Part shown: in pieces, positions 38,630 to 47,618 of the stretch | Position numbering within the stretch: the stretch's first letter is position 1 | Layout of the letters: each line of letters begins with the position of its first letter | From: Dehalococcoidia bacterium | Lineage (GTDB): Bacteria > Chloroflexota > Dehalococcoidia > Plut-88900 | Direction of reading: 5' to 3' | Length of the DNA stretch: 64,000 nt | NCBI GenBank assembly: GCA_965197645.1 | Contig: OZ240219.1 | Location: forward strand, 2,336,001-2,400,000 | Notes under the pieces: model-generated | Told to the model about the DNA's origin: nothing | Database searches by the model: none | What the model saw: only the letters and a program-made list of their open reading frames with translations | Program-made: the position numbers and the translations under genes

Positions 38630-39880
38630 TTAGCCGGGGAACCCGTAGAGCCTGGCGGTGTTGTCGCAGACGATCTTCCTGAGCTTGTCCTCGTCCAGGT
38701 GGCCCAGGTTCTCGTCGATTATCGCTCGGGAGTCGGGCCAGATGCCGTCGGGGTGAGGATAGTCGGAGCCCCACATGATGTTGTCTTCGCCCACCATGTC
38801 CACCATTTCGTTGGTGAGGTACTCTATCTGGAAGGTGGAGTAGCCCTGGCGCTTCCAGTACTCGGAGGGCTTCAGGCTAAGTCCCTTCTCCTCGAACTTC
38901 CATCGCTCGGCTTCGTCGTCCATTCTAAAGAGGACGTAAGGTATCCATCCGATGCCGCATTCCCCCAGCACGAATTTCATGTTGGGGTACCGCTCGCAGG
39001 CGCCAGAAAGGATCACGCTGGAGACGTACTCTGCGCCCGAAAGCTGGAACAGGGTGAGGACCACGCCGCTCAAGACCGAGTGGAAGTCCTCTTTGTTCCC
39101 CTTCTTGGGCATTTTGGGGGTCAGCCCCGTGGTGTGGAAGGAGATGGGCAGACCCGATTCGTCCGCCGCTTCCCAGAGCGGGTCCCAATGTCGCAGGTAT
39201 ATCGGCTCGTCTGTAGAGCCCACGTTGAGCTCAGTCCCTTTAAGCCCGAGGTCGGCCGCGCGACGAACCTGGCTGGCCGCCGTCTGTGGGTCCAGGGCAT
39301 AGAGGCAGCCCAGAGCTGCCAACCTTTCAGGATCGTTCTTGCAGAAGTTTGCAATGTACTCATTGTAGATATCAAAGACCGATAGGATAACGTCAGGATC
39401 GGTAAGACCGTAACCCGGGCCGCTGGGCTCGTCGCCCCCCACGAAGGTCTCCTCATCCTCGGAGTCGGAGGAGAGGCCTCCCGCCAGAGCCAGGACCCCG
39501 TAGAGCACCTCGCCCTTGACGCCATCGGCCTCCTGGTCCTTGATTCTCAGCTCAGGGTCGGTGGGATGGAACATGCCCTTCTCGCCGTCCGAGAAGAATT
39601 TCATATCCTCCATCCTGTCCAAGCGAGTTGAGGCCCCGGCTACGTAGGGGTCCCAGAAAAGGTCCGGTCGAATGCCGACTCCGGACCCAGCCACACACCC
39701 CAACGGTTTGCCATCGGCGAACCACTGTTTTCCATCGCCGGTGTCCTGCACGTGGGGCATTCGTCCCTTCAGATGAGCCGGGGCATTGGAAGTGAACAGG
39801 TCCGCCGGCAACCACGGAATATCGACGTGGCAATCGCCCGATATCACTTTTCCTTCGTAAGCCATCTTTACTCTCCCCAT
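38630..39880 (-). CDS. Amidohydrolase family 2 protein
   Basis: Motifs ISGDCH, SFHTTG, GECGIGW and WGSDYPHPD. Confidence 0.9.
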   Translation of the reverse strand: MGRVKMAYEGKVISGDCHVDIPWLPADLFTSNAPAHLKGRMPHVQDTGDGKQWFADGKPLGCVAGSGVGIRPDLFWDPYVAGASTRLDRMEDMKFFSDGEKGMFHPTDPELRIKDQEADGVKGEVLYGVLALAGGLSSDSEDEETFVGGDEPSGPGYGLTDPDVILSVFDIYNEYIANFCKNDPERLAALGCLYALDPQTAASQVRRAADLGLKGTELNVGSTDEPIYLRHWDPLWEAADESGLPISFHTTGLTPKMPKKGNKEDFHSVLSGVVLTLFQLSGAEYVSSVILSGACERYPNMKFVLGECGIGWIPYVLFRMDDEAERWKFEEKGLSLKPSEYWKRQGYSTFQIEYLTNEMVDMVGEDNIMWGSDYPHPDGIWPDSRAIIDENLGHLDEDKLRKIVCDNTARLYGFPG

Positions 39881-39973
39881 TCCAGTCTATGTCCAAAAAA
39901 CACCTATCGGTAGTATACAGCTAGGTTGACCCTTTCACCAACCCCCCTTTGAATTTTGTTTCGGTGGTGGAAG

Positions 39974-40807
39974 CTAGGGCCTCCAACCGGGCGGGATCTC
40001 GCCACTGGCCGGATATGATCCGTCGGCGTCGTGGGTTTCGTTGCCCACCAGTGGCGGGTTGAATACACTAATGCCGTAGAAGGCCGCTCTGTTCGTTACG
40101 CGGTGGCGGTCCTTCGGCCCCACCACGTAGAGGGTGCCGGGCGCTACCTCCCAGCTCTCCCCTGTTCCCAGGTCCTCGAGCGTCCCATCTCCTTCGATGA
40201 CGTAGTTGGCCTCGACGTGGTTCTTGTACCACAGAACCGCTTCCCCACCGCCGGGCACCCGGGGAACCGAGAGGGTTACGCCGCATCCCTCCGCCTGGTT
40301 CACGTAACGGGTGGCGCTGGCCGTGCCCCCGGCGATGGTCCGTTTCTTTGCATCGCTCTCCTGCATGACGAACATGGTGCGTCCCGACTCGCCGGCCCAG
40401 GCCGTTGGTATCTCGCCAGTAGGCGGGTAGGAGCCGTCGGCGTCGTGCTTCTCGGAGCCGGTGACAGCCGGACTGAAGACGCTGGCTATGTGGGCCTCGC
40501 CCACTGTCGTCATCCGGTGCCTGTCCTTGGGCCCTACCACGTACACCGAACTTGGGCCCAGCTCCCAGCTTTCGCCGCTCGACAGTTCCTCCACCTTGAC
40601 TTTACCCGACACGATGTAGTTGACCTCTACGTGGTTCTTGTAGTGGAGGTCGAAACTCAACTCGCCTTGGACGCGAACATCGGAGAGCGAGAACCCGCAC
40701 TGGTCGTCCTTGGTGAGCAATCTAACGCTTACCAAATCCGCTGCATCGGTCTTGTACCTCAGCTTTTTGTCTTCGCTTGTGATCTCGTCTATCTTCCTCA
40801 CGAACAT
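39974..40807 (-). CDS. Tandem two-domain ectoine synthase (EctC)-like cupin
   Basis: Two copies of (H/W)YKNHVE.NY...YVVGPKDRH...SVF.P...G.E.HDADGSYP. Confidence 0.85.
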   Translation of the reverse strand: MFVRKIDEITSEDKKLRYKTDAADLVSVRLLTKDDQCGFSLSDVRVQGELSFDLHYKNHVEVNYIVSGKVKVEELSSGESWELGPSSVYVVGPKDRHRMTTVGEAHIASVFSPAVTGSEKHDADGSYPPTGEIPTAWAGESGRTMFVMQESDAKKRTIAGGTASATRYVNQAEGCGVTLSVPRVPGGGEAVLWYKNHVEANYVIEGDGTLEDLGTGESWEVAPGTLYVVGPKDRHRVTNRAAFYGISVFNPPLVGNETHDADGSYPASGEIPPGWRP

Positions 40808-41017
40808 GACGCCTGCTCCCTTCCGGCGCCGTCAGTCCCAATCAGATGGGACATCCAGCTATGCGTTAATAGCCGCCTCAAGCTCCTCAGCACGTTAATG
40901 TTTCGCCCGACCCCTCCTGAATAGGAGAAGCCCCACTATGTTCTTGGAAAAGTTGTGCCGCGTGCACTATTATACTGCCATCGGTAATGCGAAACAGCCA
41001 ATCGGATACACGAGTAT

Positions 41018-42565
41018 TTGAACCAGCAGCGTTTTGACGTAATCATAGCAGGCGGAGGTTCGGCGGGTTGTGCCGCCGCCGCCGTTCTCAGCCGGGAATA
41101 CAACCTCTCGGTGTGTCTTCTGGAGGCAGGGCCTGACTACGGACCCTTCTCAGCCGGCAGATGGCCCTCGGAGCTCCTCGACGCTCGATACCGTCCATCG
41201 ACCCATGATTGGGGACTTCGTGTCCAACGGGAAGGCGCCGACGACTTTACGGATCCCCGGGCCAGAGTCATCGGTGGCTGCTCCGCCCACAACGAGTGCG
41301 CCGCCATCTGGGGACTGCCCCAGGACTACGACGACTGGGCCAAACAGGGCAATCTCGGCTGGTCCTACAAAGAGCTCCAGCCCCTGATACAACGCATAGA
41401 GGGGCTCCGCTCGGCAGACTCGTTGCCTTTCCGAGGACGCAACGGCCCACTGTGGACCCAGACCTACCCTTACGACCAGCTTAGCCTGGTCCAGAGGTCC
41501 TTCATCGACGTCTCGGTGACCGCCGGCTTCCCCCACGTTGAGGACATCAGCGACCCGGAACCGGCGGAGGGCGTTAGCGTGTATCACGCCAACGTCAAAG
41601 ACTCGGTACGTTGGAACGCCGCCTTCGCCTTCCTGGACCCGGTCCGAGATCTGCCCAACCTCACCATACTTCCCGAGACCCTCGTCGATAAACTGATCGT
41701 CGAGGGCAGTAAAGCAGTGGCGTTGGCCTGCACCTCTCAAGGGGAAGAGATGGAGCTACGGGCCGATGTCTTCCTCGTTTGTGCCGGGGCCTACGGCTCC
41801 CCTGCGATCCTACTGCGGTCCGGAATAGGCCCGCCTTCCCATCTCCAACAGGTGGGTGTACCGGTCAAAGTAGACCTGGAGGGTGTCGGACGCAACCTAC
41901 ACGATCATCATGCCATCTATGTCCAATTCCACGCTTCCCCCGAAGCATCAAGTAAGCTATCCGAGAAACTGGCGCAAAGCGATTCTTACACCGGTGAGAT
42001 CATACTCAAAGCTGATTCCGGCCTCTCCACCGGCCCCTTCGATCTTCACATCCTGCCTGTTCACAGCGGTGTACACCCTGACAACGACATCATCGATTTT
42101 TACGTATACAACATGATGCCCAGGTCCCGGGGAGAGGTGACTCTGGCCAGCCGGGAGCCGGATCAAGCGCCTCGCATAGCCTCTAGGTACTTGACCGATT
42201 CGGGAGACGTCGACCTGGCTGTACTCGTCGAAGGATACAAACTGCTATACCGGCTCGTAGGAGAAGAGCCGTTGGCTTCAGCTTTGGCCGGCGAAGTGGA
42301 GCCCTGGGACGCAGCCCGTGAGGCCGACGAGCTGGCCCCTTTGATACGACAGACGGTGGACAACTACTCTCATGCCGTCGGCACCTGCAAGATGGGGCCG
42401 GATTCGGACCCCGAGGCGGTGGTGTACCCTTCGGGTCGGGTTGTAGGCCTGGACAACCTGTACGTCGCCGACGCCTCCATCATGCCCATGATACCCAGGG
42501 CCAACACCAACCTCACTAGTATGCTCATCGGCATGAAGGTTGCCGACGTACTGGGGCAAAGATGA
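41018..42565 (+). CDS. GMC oxidoreductase (paralog of 19265-20818)
   Basis: Motifs FDVIIAGGGSAGC, GVGRNLHDH, HAVGTCKMG and ANTNL; TTG start. Confidence 0.9.
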   Translation: MNQQRFDVIIAGGGSAGCAAAAVLSREYNLSVCLLEAGPDYGPFSAGRWPSELLDARYRPSTHDWGLRVQREGADDFTDPRARVIGGCSAHNECAAIWGLPQDYDDWAKQGNLGWSYKELQPLIQRIEGLRSADSLPFRGRNGPLWTQTYPYDQLSLVQRSFIDVSVTAGFPHVEDISDPEPAEGVSVYHANVKDSVRWNAAFAFLDPVRDLPNLTILPETLVDKLIVEGSKAVALACTSQGEEMELRADVFLVCAGAYGSPAILLRSGIGPPSHLQQVGVPVKVDLEGVGRNLHDHHAIYVQFHASPEASSKLSEKLAQSDSYTGEIILKADSGLSTGPFDLHILPVHSGVHPDNDIIDFYVYNMMPRSRGEVTLASREPDQAPRIASRYLTDSGDVDLAVLVEGYKLLYRLVGEEPLASALAGEVEPWDAAREADELAPLIRQTVDNYSHAVGTCKMGPDSDPEAVVYPSGRVVGLDNLYVADASIMPMIPRANTNLTSMLIGMKVADVLGQR

Positions 42566-43281
42566 CCGATCGGTCGCCTTTCATGAAGTGTCTCGCCATC
42601 ACGGACGTCCACGGCAATATCCGGGCACTGGACGCGGTTCTGCAAGCTGCCGGTGAAGTCGATCTGGTCATATCAGTCGGAGACGAAGTGGGCTTCTGCC
42701 TTCAACCCAACGAGGTAATCGATCGGCTTCGAAGCCTGCCCAATCTTGTTCCTGTAAAAGGCAACTGGGCCAACATCGCCCAGGAGCCATTGCCCGCGGG
42801 GACCGACACCATCTTCGATAAACTCCTACATTCCAGTCTCGGGTCTCTGACCCACGATGCCAAAGAGTACCTCAGGTATCTGCCCGACAGGGGCTACCTG
42901 AGATTGGGCGGCGTTTCCGTGGCCATCGTCCACGAGGTGCTGCTCGATCCGGCCCAGGCCGGTCCGACACCGGGACCGGCTACGACTGTTCAAGAGATAC
43001 CCGATGCCAGCTGCGTTCAGCTGGTAATCCACGGGGACTCCCATCTCCAGGAACAGACTGAGAAGAATGGCATGACCTTCGTCAACCCCGGTTCCGTAGG
43101 CTGGCCCAGCGATGGCGACTGGAGGCCCGGCTACGCCATCATCGAATTCGAGGCCGGCGGTTTCCAGGTACAGTTCGGCCGGGTGGAATACGACGTGGAT
43201 GCGGTCTACCGGGAGATCGAGGCTGCTGGCATTCCCAACCCCAGGAACATTCTGGTGGGCAAGAGCTGGGATATCCCCTGA
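42562..43281 (+). CDS. Calcineurin-like metallophosphoesterase
   Basis: Motifs TDVHGN, VGDEV, KGNW, IHGDSH and NPGSVG.P.DG. Confidence 0.85.
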   Translation: MTDRSPFMKCLAITDVHGNIRALDAVLQAAGEVDLVISVGDEVGFCLQPNEVIDRLRSLPNLVPVKGNWANIAQEPLPAGTDTIFDKLLHSSLGSLTHDAKEYLRYLPDRGYLRLGGVSVAIVHEVLLDPAQAGPTPGPATTVQEIPDASCVQLVIHGDSHLQEQTEKNGMTFVNPGSVGWPSDGDWRPGYAIIEFEAGGFQVQFGRVEYDVDAVYREIEAAGIPNPRNILVGKSWDIP

Positions 43282-43319
43282 CGCCTGTTGGGTCGCCCTG
43301 CTGATGCGGGACAATCCCG

Positions 43320-43489
43320 GCAGCCTGACGAAACATGGGGTGTGCAGGGGGGCAAAGCTAATTTTCTGGGACCGCCTGCTGGGGGCCGGGAGCTTGAAGG
43401 TGTCCCTCAGAAACTATTTCTTGTTCCCGCTTCCTAGCCAGGAAGGGGGCTAGGGGGATGGTCGAAAGGGTTGTTCAACACCCCATTAG
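43320..43489. repeat. MITE/REP-like dispersed intergenic element, copy 2
   Basis: Colinear similarity to 10574-10724; internal inverted ends ATGGGGTGT/ACACCCCAT; abuts the stop codon of a convergent gene. Confidence 0.7.
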
Positions 43490-44781
43490 ACGCCCACCTT
43501 GTTCGCCGGCTCGATTCCGAACTGGGCCGCGGCGTTGACACCCAGCATGCGAGCGATGGTCGGCTCGTCGACATCGGCCTTGGACAGCGCTTCGATGGCG
43601 TCCCAGGCGCTGGTGGTATCATCGTTGGGATATCGGGAGCCCCACATCACCTTCTCTTCGTAGCGTTCCGGCAGCTGCTGAATCAACCGCTCCTCGGCAT
43701 CGAACCCCATCATCACCTTCCCCTCGGCCCACATCTCATCCGTGTCCGTTCGCACCGGGTAGTAGTGGGAGAGGGGTATGTTCCGGGCCGAAGACTCCAT
43801 CTTCTCCAGCACCTCCTCCATCCACGATGCCTTGCCGTGGGCCACCACCACTTTCATGTCAGGATACCTCTGCATGATGGTGTATCCGATCAACGAGGAG
43901 CCGACGAACATGTGGTTGTCGAGCCAGTAAGACAGTATCGGCGCGACGGGATGTCCAAGAGGATTTCCGGCTATGGTGGGGAAGTAGCTTTCTCCCGGAC
44001 CGCCTCCGGCGAAGGGGCCTCCGCCTCCTCCGCTGATGAAGTTGTCCCGCTGAAGCCTGCCGTTTATCTTTTCGAAGAACGGGCCGTGGGAGGTCCACTC
44101 CGGGTTCCACAGGCCGGCCGTCGGGTGGACGGCTGCGGTTACATTCAGCCTTTGCAAAGCCTCCCATAGAGGGTCGTAGTAGGGATGGGTGAAGTAGCGG
44201 CCCTCGATGAACATCGGCCGGATGAACACGCCTGGGAAGCACGGAAGCTCCGAGATCCTGTGTAGCTCCTCTAGGGCGAAGTCCATGTTCTGCAACGGCA
44301 GCATAGCCGCGGCGAATAGCCTATCCGGCGCTGTTTGACAGAAATCGGTCATCCAATCGTTGTAAGCGCGGGCCAGGGCGTAGGCCGTATCCGGGTCCTT
44401 TATCAGATGGTAGCCCTCGGCGAACCAGGTCGGATAGAGGAAGGCCTGATCGACTCCCATCTCGTCCATGTCCCTGAGCCTGGCCTCCGGGTCCAAGGCG
44501 CCTTCGGTCATCGGATGGCGAGTATCGGGGTCCAGCCGGCCTATGTCGTCCCACGTCGTTCCCGGCCTCCAGATGGCGTGACGCGGGATGTTGGGGTTGC
44601 CCCTATCCCGAAACATCTCGCCGTTGACCTTGAGGTAGGAGTTGATTGCCCCTTCCTCACGCCACAGCGCGAACTTGCCGAGCGTTCGGTACTCCGGGTC
44701 CAGGAACTTTTCCCATACCTCCCGGGGTTCGACCACGTGGGAGTCGCTGTCGAAGATGGGAAAGCTCTTCTGCATCGCCAC
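43486..44781 (-). CDS. Amidohydrolase family 2 protein with a substituted C-terminal Asp motif
   Basis: Motifs FDSDSH, AAVHP and VAHGKASW; WGSRYPNDD replaces WGSDYPH. Confidence 0.85.
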   Translation of the reverse strand: MAMQKSFPIFDSDSHVVEPREVWEKFLDPEYRTLGKFALWREEGAINSYLKVNGEMFRDRGNPNIPRHAIWRPGTTWDDIGRLDPDTRHPMTEGALDPEARLRDMDEMGVDQAFLYPTWFAEGYHLIKDPDTAYALARAYNDWMTDFCQTAPDRLFAAAMLPLQNMDFALEELHRISELPCFPGVFIRPMFIEGRYFTHPYYDPLWEALQRLNVTAAVHPTAGLWNPEWTSHGPFFEKINGRLQRDNFISGGGGGPFAGGGPGESYFPTIAGNPLGHPVAPILSYWLDNHMFVGSSLIGYTIMQRYPDMKVVVAHGKASWMEEVLEKMESSARNIPLSHYYPVRTDTDEMWAEGKVMMGFDAEERLIQQLPERYEEKVMWGSRYPNDDTTSAWDAIEALSKADVDEPTIARMLGVNAAAQFGIEPANKVGV

Positions 44782-44800
44782 CGTCGTGTTTCCTGACAGC

Positions 44801-46189
44801 CTATCGACGGCTGACCGAAGCCTCTGCCTTGAGAGACTCCTCGATCTCCTCGTCGGTGGGCCACCAGTCGGGCCGCTCGATCTCCGTGACCCGCTCCCGG
44901 ATGAAGGTCTTGGGGGCTTCGATGTTGTACAGACGGCGGGCGTTATCTCCCAGGAACAAGGCCTGATCGTTTACGGGCAACTCGCTCTTTTGCATCGTCT
45001 CGATAGCTCTCCAGACGTCGTCTCCATCGTGATGGTAGACGTCCGAGGCCCAGGCCAATATGTCCCGGTAGAACTCGGGATAGCGGGAAGGCGGCGCCTC
45101 GTCCCCTTCGAAGCCGGTGACGCAGTGCTCGAAGAAGGTCTCGCTGGGCAGCCGTTTCAGGGGAGCGGCCGCTCGATCGTTGCGGTTGAGCCTGTACGAT
45201 TTGTCACACTCGTCCAACAGGAAGCTCAGCCAGGTGGACGAGGCCTCGAACACGGCGGCCTTTATTCCGGGGTGCTGCTCGAAGAAGCCGGACATGAGCA
45301 CCATCGTAACCCACAAGCTGGCTTCGGCCTGGAAGTTCTCCACGTTGCTGGAGAAGGCGTGAGGCAGACCTGAGGAGCTCATCGTCCTTTCGATCAGCTC
45401 GGCCCCGGAGTACTGCTCCGAGTAGCCGGCCGGTTTGGGGGCGCCCGTAGCGGGGAAGGGATGCATGCCGTAGACCATGCCCGTATCTTCCAGGGCGTTC
45501 CAGACCGGTTCATACTTCGGCTGTATGGGGTAGTTGCCGAAGGCGTCCATGGGACGTACCAGGGCTACCCGGCAGCCTCTCTCCGCCACCCGGTACACCT
45601 CTTCAACGGCGTACTGGGGGCTTTGCATGGGAATCAGGGCGGCAAAGAAGATGCGCTCCGGGTCCTCCTGGCAGTACTCGTAGGCCCAATCGTTGTAGGC
45701 CTTGCACATAGCCTTGGCGCCGAGGGCGTTCTCCAGCCAGGGGTAGGTGTCTATGCTGGTCGGAATGATCATCACCTGGTCTATGCCCTGGGTATCCATG
45801 TCCTTCAACCGTGGCCCGGGCTCCTCGGCGCCCGGGTGGGATAGGTACTCCGATTGCTCCTGGGTGAGGGCCGTCTCGGCGTTGAGGTTCCGCACCTGGA
45901 GCGCCCGCTGGACATCGTGCTTCATGCCGGGGCCGGCAAGCCTGACTATGTCTATCTTGCCCGGACCGACCGCAGGAACGACGGTGAAGTCGTGGGCGTT
46001 GGCTTTTCCGTTCACGAGCAGCTCCTCGGTGACCGGGTCGAACCACATGGTGGTCTTGAGGGCTTCCAGCTCGTCCTGGGTAAGGTGCTCTTCCGCCCGT
46101 TCCCACAGCTTGGCCGGCTCGACGACGTGGGCGTCGCAGTCGAAGGTGGGGAAGTCTTTGACCATGGGCTTGAATCTCTGGACTGGCAT
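44801..46189 (-). CDS. Amidohydrolase family 2 protein
   Basis: Motifs FDCDAH, GMHPF, VFEASSTW and WASDVYHHD. Confidence 0.87.
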   Translation of the reverse strand: MPVQRFKPMVKDFPTFDCDAHVVEPAKLWERAEEHLTQDELEALKTTMWFDPVTEELLVNGKANAHDFTVVPAVGPGKIDIVRLAGPGMKHDVQRALQVRNLNAETALTQEQSEYLSHPGAEEPGPRLKDMDTQGIDQVMIIPTSIDTYPWLENALGAKAMCKAYNDWAYEYCQEDPERIFFAALIPMQSPQYAVEEVYRVAERGCRVALVRPMDAFGNYPIQPKYEPVWNALEDTGMVYGMHPFPATGAPKPAGYSEQYSGAELIERTMSSSGLPHAFSSNVENFQAEASLWVTMVLMSGFFEQHPGIKAAVFEASSTWLSFLLDECDKSYRLNRNDRAAAPLKRLPSETFFEHCVTGFEGDEAPPSRYPEFYRDILAWASDVYHHDGDDVWRAIETMQKSELPVNDQALFLGDNARRLYNIEAPKTFIRERVTEIERPDWWPTDEEIEESLKAEASVSRR

Positions 46190-46337
46190 TCTTCGCCTCC
46201 TCTAACCTTCCTATGGTAAATCCCTTGTACTGCAAACATAAAGTTAGCAGTTTTGGACAGAACGGTCAACAAACAGCCTCACGGATGCTCCAACGTTTCA
46301 ATAATGGTAGGCTGAGGGACTCCGATCAGTCTATAGT

Positions 46338-47618
46338 GTGGCTCCGGACCGAATGCACACATCCGCAAACCTATCCAAAGACCTGACCCGCACCTCGGTT
46401 CGAGGCTGGGCCGTCAATCTCATGGCCGGCATCCAGCAGAGCACATTCTACCTCACATCTTTTTCATTCGGTCTGTTCCTGCCCTTCATCTCCGACGATA
46501 TAGGCCTGTCACACTCGGAAGCCGGTGTTCTCCAGGGCGTATGGTGGATCACGTCGGCTCTGTTGACCCTGCCGGCCTCCACCTGGTTCTCGCGGTTCCG
46601 ACCCATACCGCTGATCCTCATGTCGCTGCTGCTTATGCTGCCCTTCTTCTTCATGCAAGGAGTGGCCCAGGGGTTCCTCACCCTCTTCCTGGCCCGGTTC
46701 TTCCTTGTCATTTTCCACACCCTCACCGCCCCTACGGCCCCCCTTCTGCTCCAGCAGTGGGTGGCCCCTCAGCACTACGCCACGTACAACGCCGTTTATC
46801 TGTCTCTACACAGCGTGCTGCTGGCGGTGGTGATCAGCACAGCCGCCCTGATAATAGAGGCGGTGGATAGCTGGCGGACGGCCTATTTGATACTGGGCGG
46901 CTTCCTCGCTGCGCAGACCGTGGCGTGGGTGTTAACCGCTCGAGAGAGCTATGCGCCGGTTAAAGAGCTGGGGACGGCGCTCTCCACCCAGCAAGAGACT
47001 CCTCTGAGGGCGTTGATAACCTTTCCGCAAGCCTGGGTCATCGGTGTGGTGATGTTCGGCATGTCGGCCACCTGGACGGCTCTGGTCACCTTCTTGCCGA
47101 CCCTTTGGCTGGAGGAAAGGGGGCTGGAGCTGAATCTGGGAGGTCCGCTGCTCGGTTTCCTGTACTACGCCCTGATACCCAGCGCCCTGGCGGGAGGCTG
47201 GGTCGGGCGCAAACTTCAGAACAGAAAGATGCTGCTGTTCATTCCCGCGTTCCTCAACCTGGCACTGGGCCTACTGATTACCATCACACCTTATCCAGCA
47301 CTCCTGATTGTGCTGATTTCGAGCCTGGGGATCATATGGACCGCCACGCCGGCCATCATAGTGCTCCCCTTCGAGTTCCCCGGCATCACACCCAGGGAGG
47401 TGGCCGTGGTTACGGCTACGGCCAATACGCTGGCGGGCCTGGGTTATGCCGCCGGGCCCTTTGTCACCGGGCTCGTCTCCGACGCCACCGGATCCCTGGA
47501 GCTGGGCTTGATCGTCCTGTGCCTGATTACGGGTGTAGGGGCCGTGGCCGCCCTGTTCTATCCCCGCCGCCGGGACCCATCGATCACGGATAGTAGAGCT
47601 GGTCAGCAGCCTTCCTGA
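46338..47618 (+). CDS. MFS transporter
   Basis: About 12 hydrophobic segments, GPFVTGLVSDATGS; overlaps the convergent gene by 35 bp. Confidence 0.85.
   Translation: MAPDRMHTSANLSKDLTRTSVRGWAVNLMAGIQQSTFYLTSFSFGLFLPFISDDIGLSHSEAGVLQGVWWITSALLTLPASTWFSRFRPIPLILMSLLLMLPFFFMQGVAQGFLTLFLARFFLVIFHTLTAPTAPLLLQQWVAPQHYATYNAVYLSLHSVLLAVVISTAALIIEAVDSWRTAYLILGGFLAAQTVAWVLTARESYAPVKELGTALSTQQETPLRALITFPQAWVIGVVMFGMSATWTALVTFLPTLWLEERGLELNLGGPLLGFLYYALIPSALAGGWVGRKLQNRKMLLFIPAFLNLALGLLITITPYPALLIVLISSLGIIWTATPAIIVLPFEFPGITPREVAVVTATANTLAGLGYAAGPFVTGLVSDATGSLELGLIVLCLITGVGAVAALFYPRRRDPSITDSRAGQQPS

Noticed and set aside
39974-40807. Calling ectC and an ectoine biosynthesis cluster
   Set aside because: No ectA/ectB nearby, doubled architecture and changed substrate residues, so the gene symbol is withheld.
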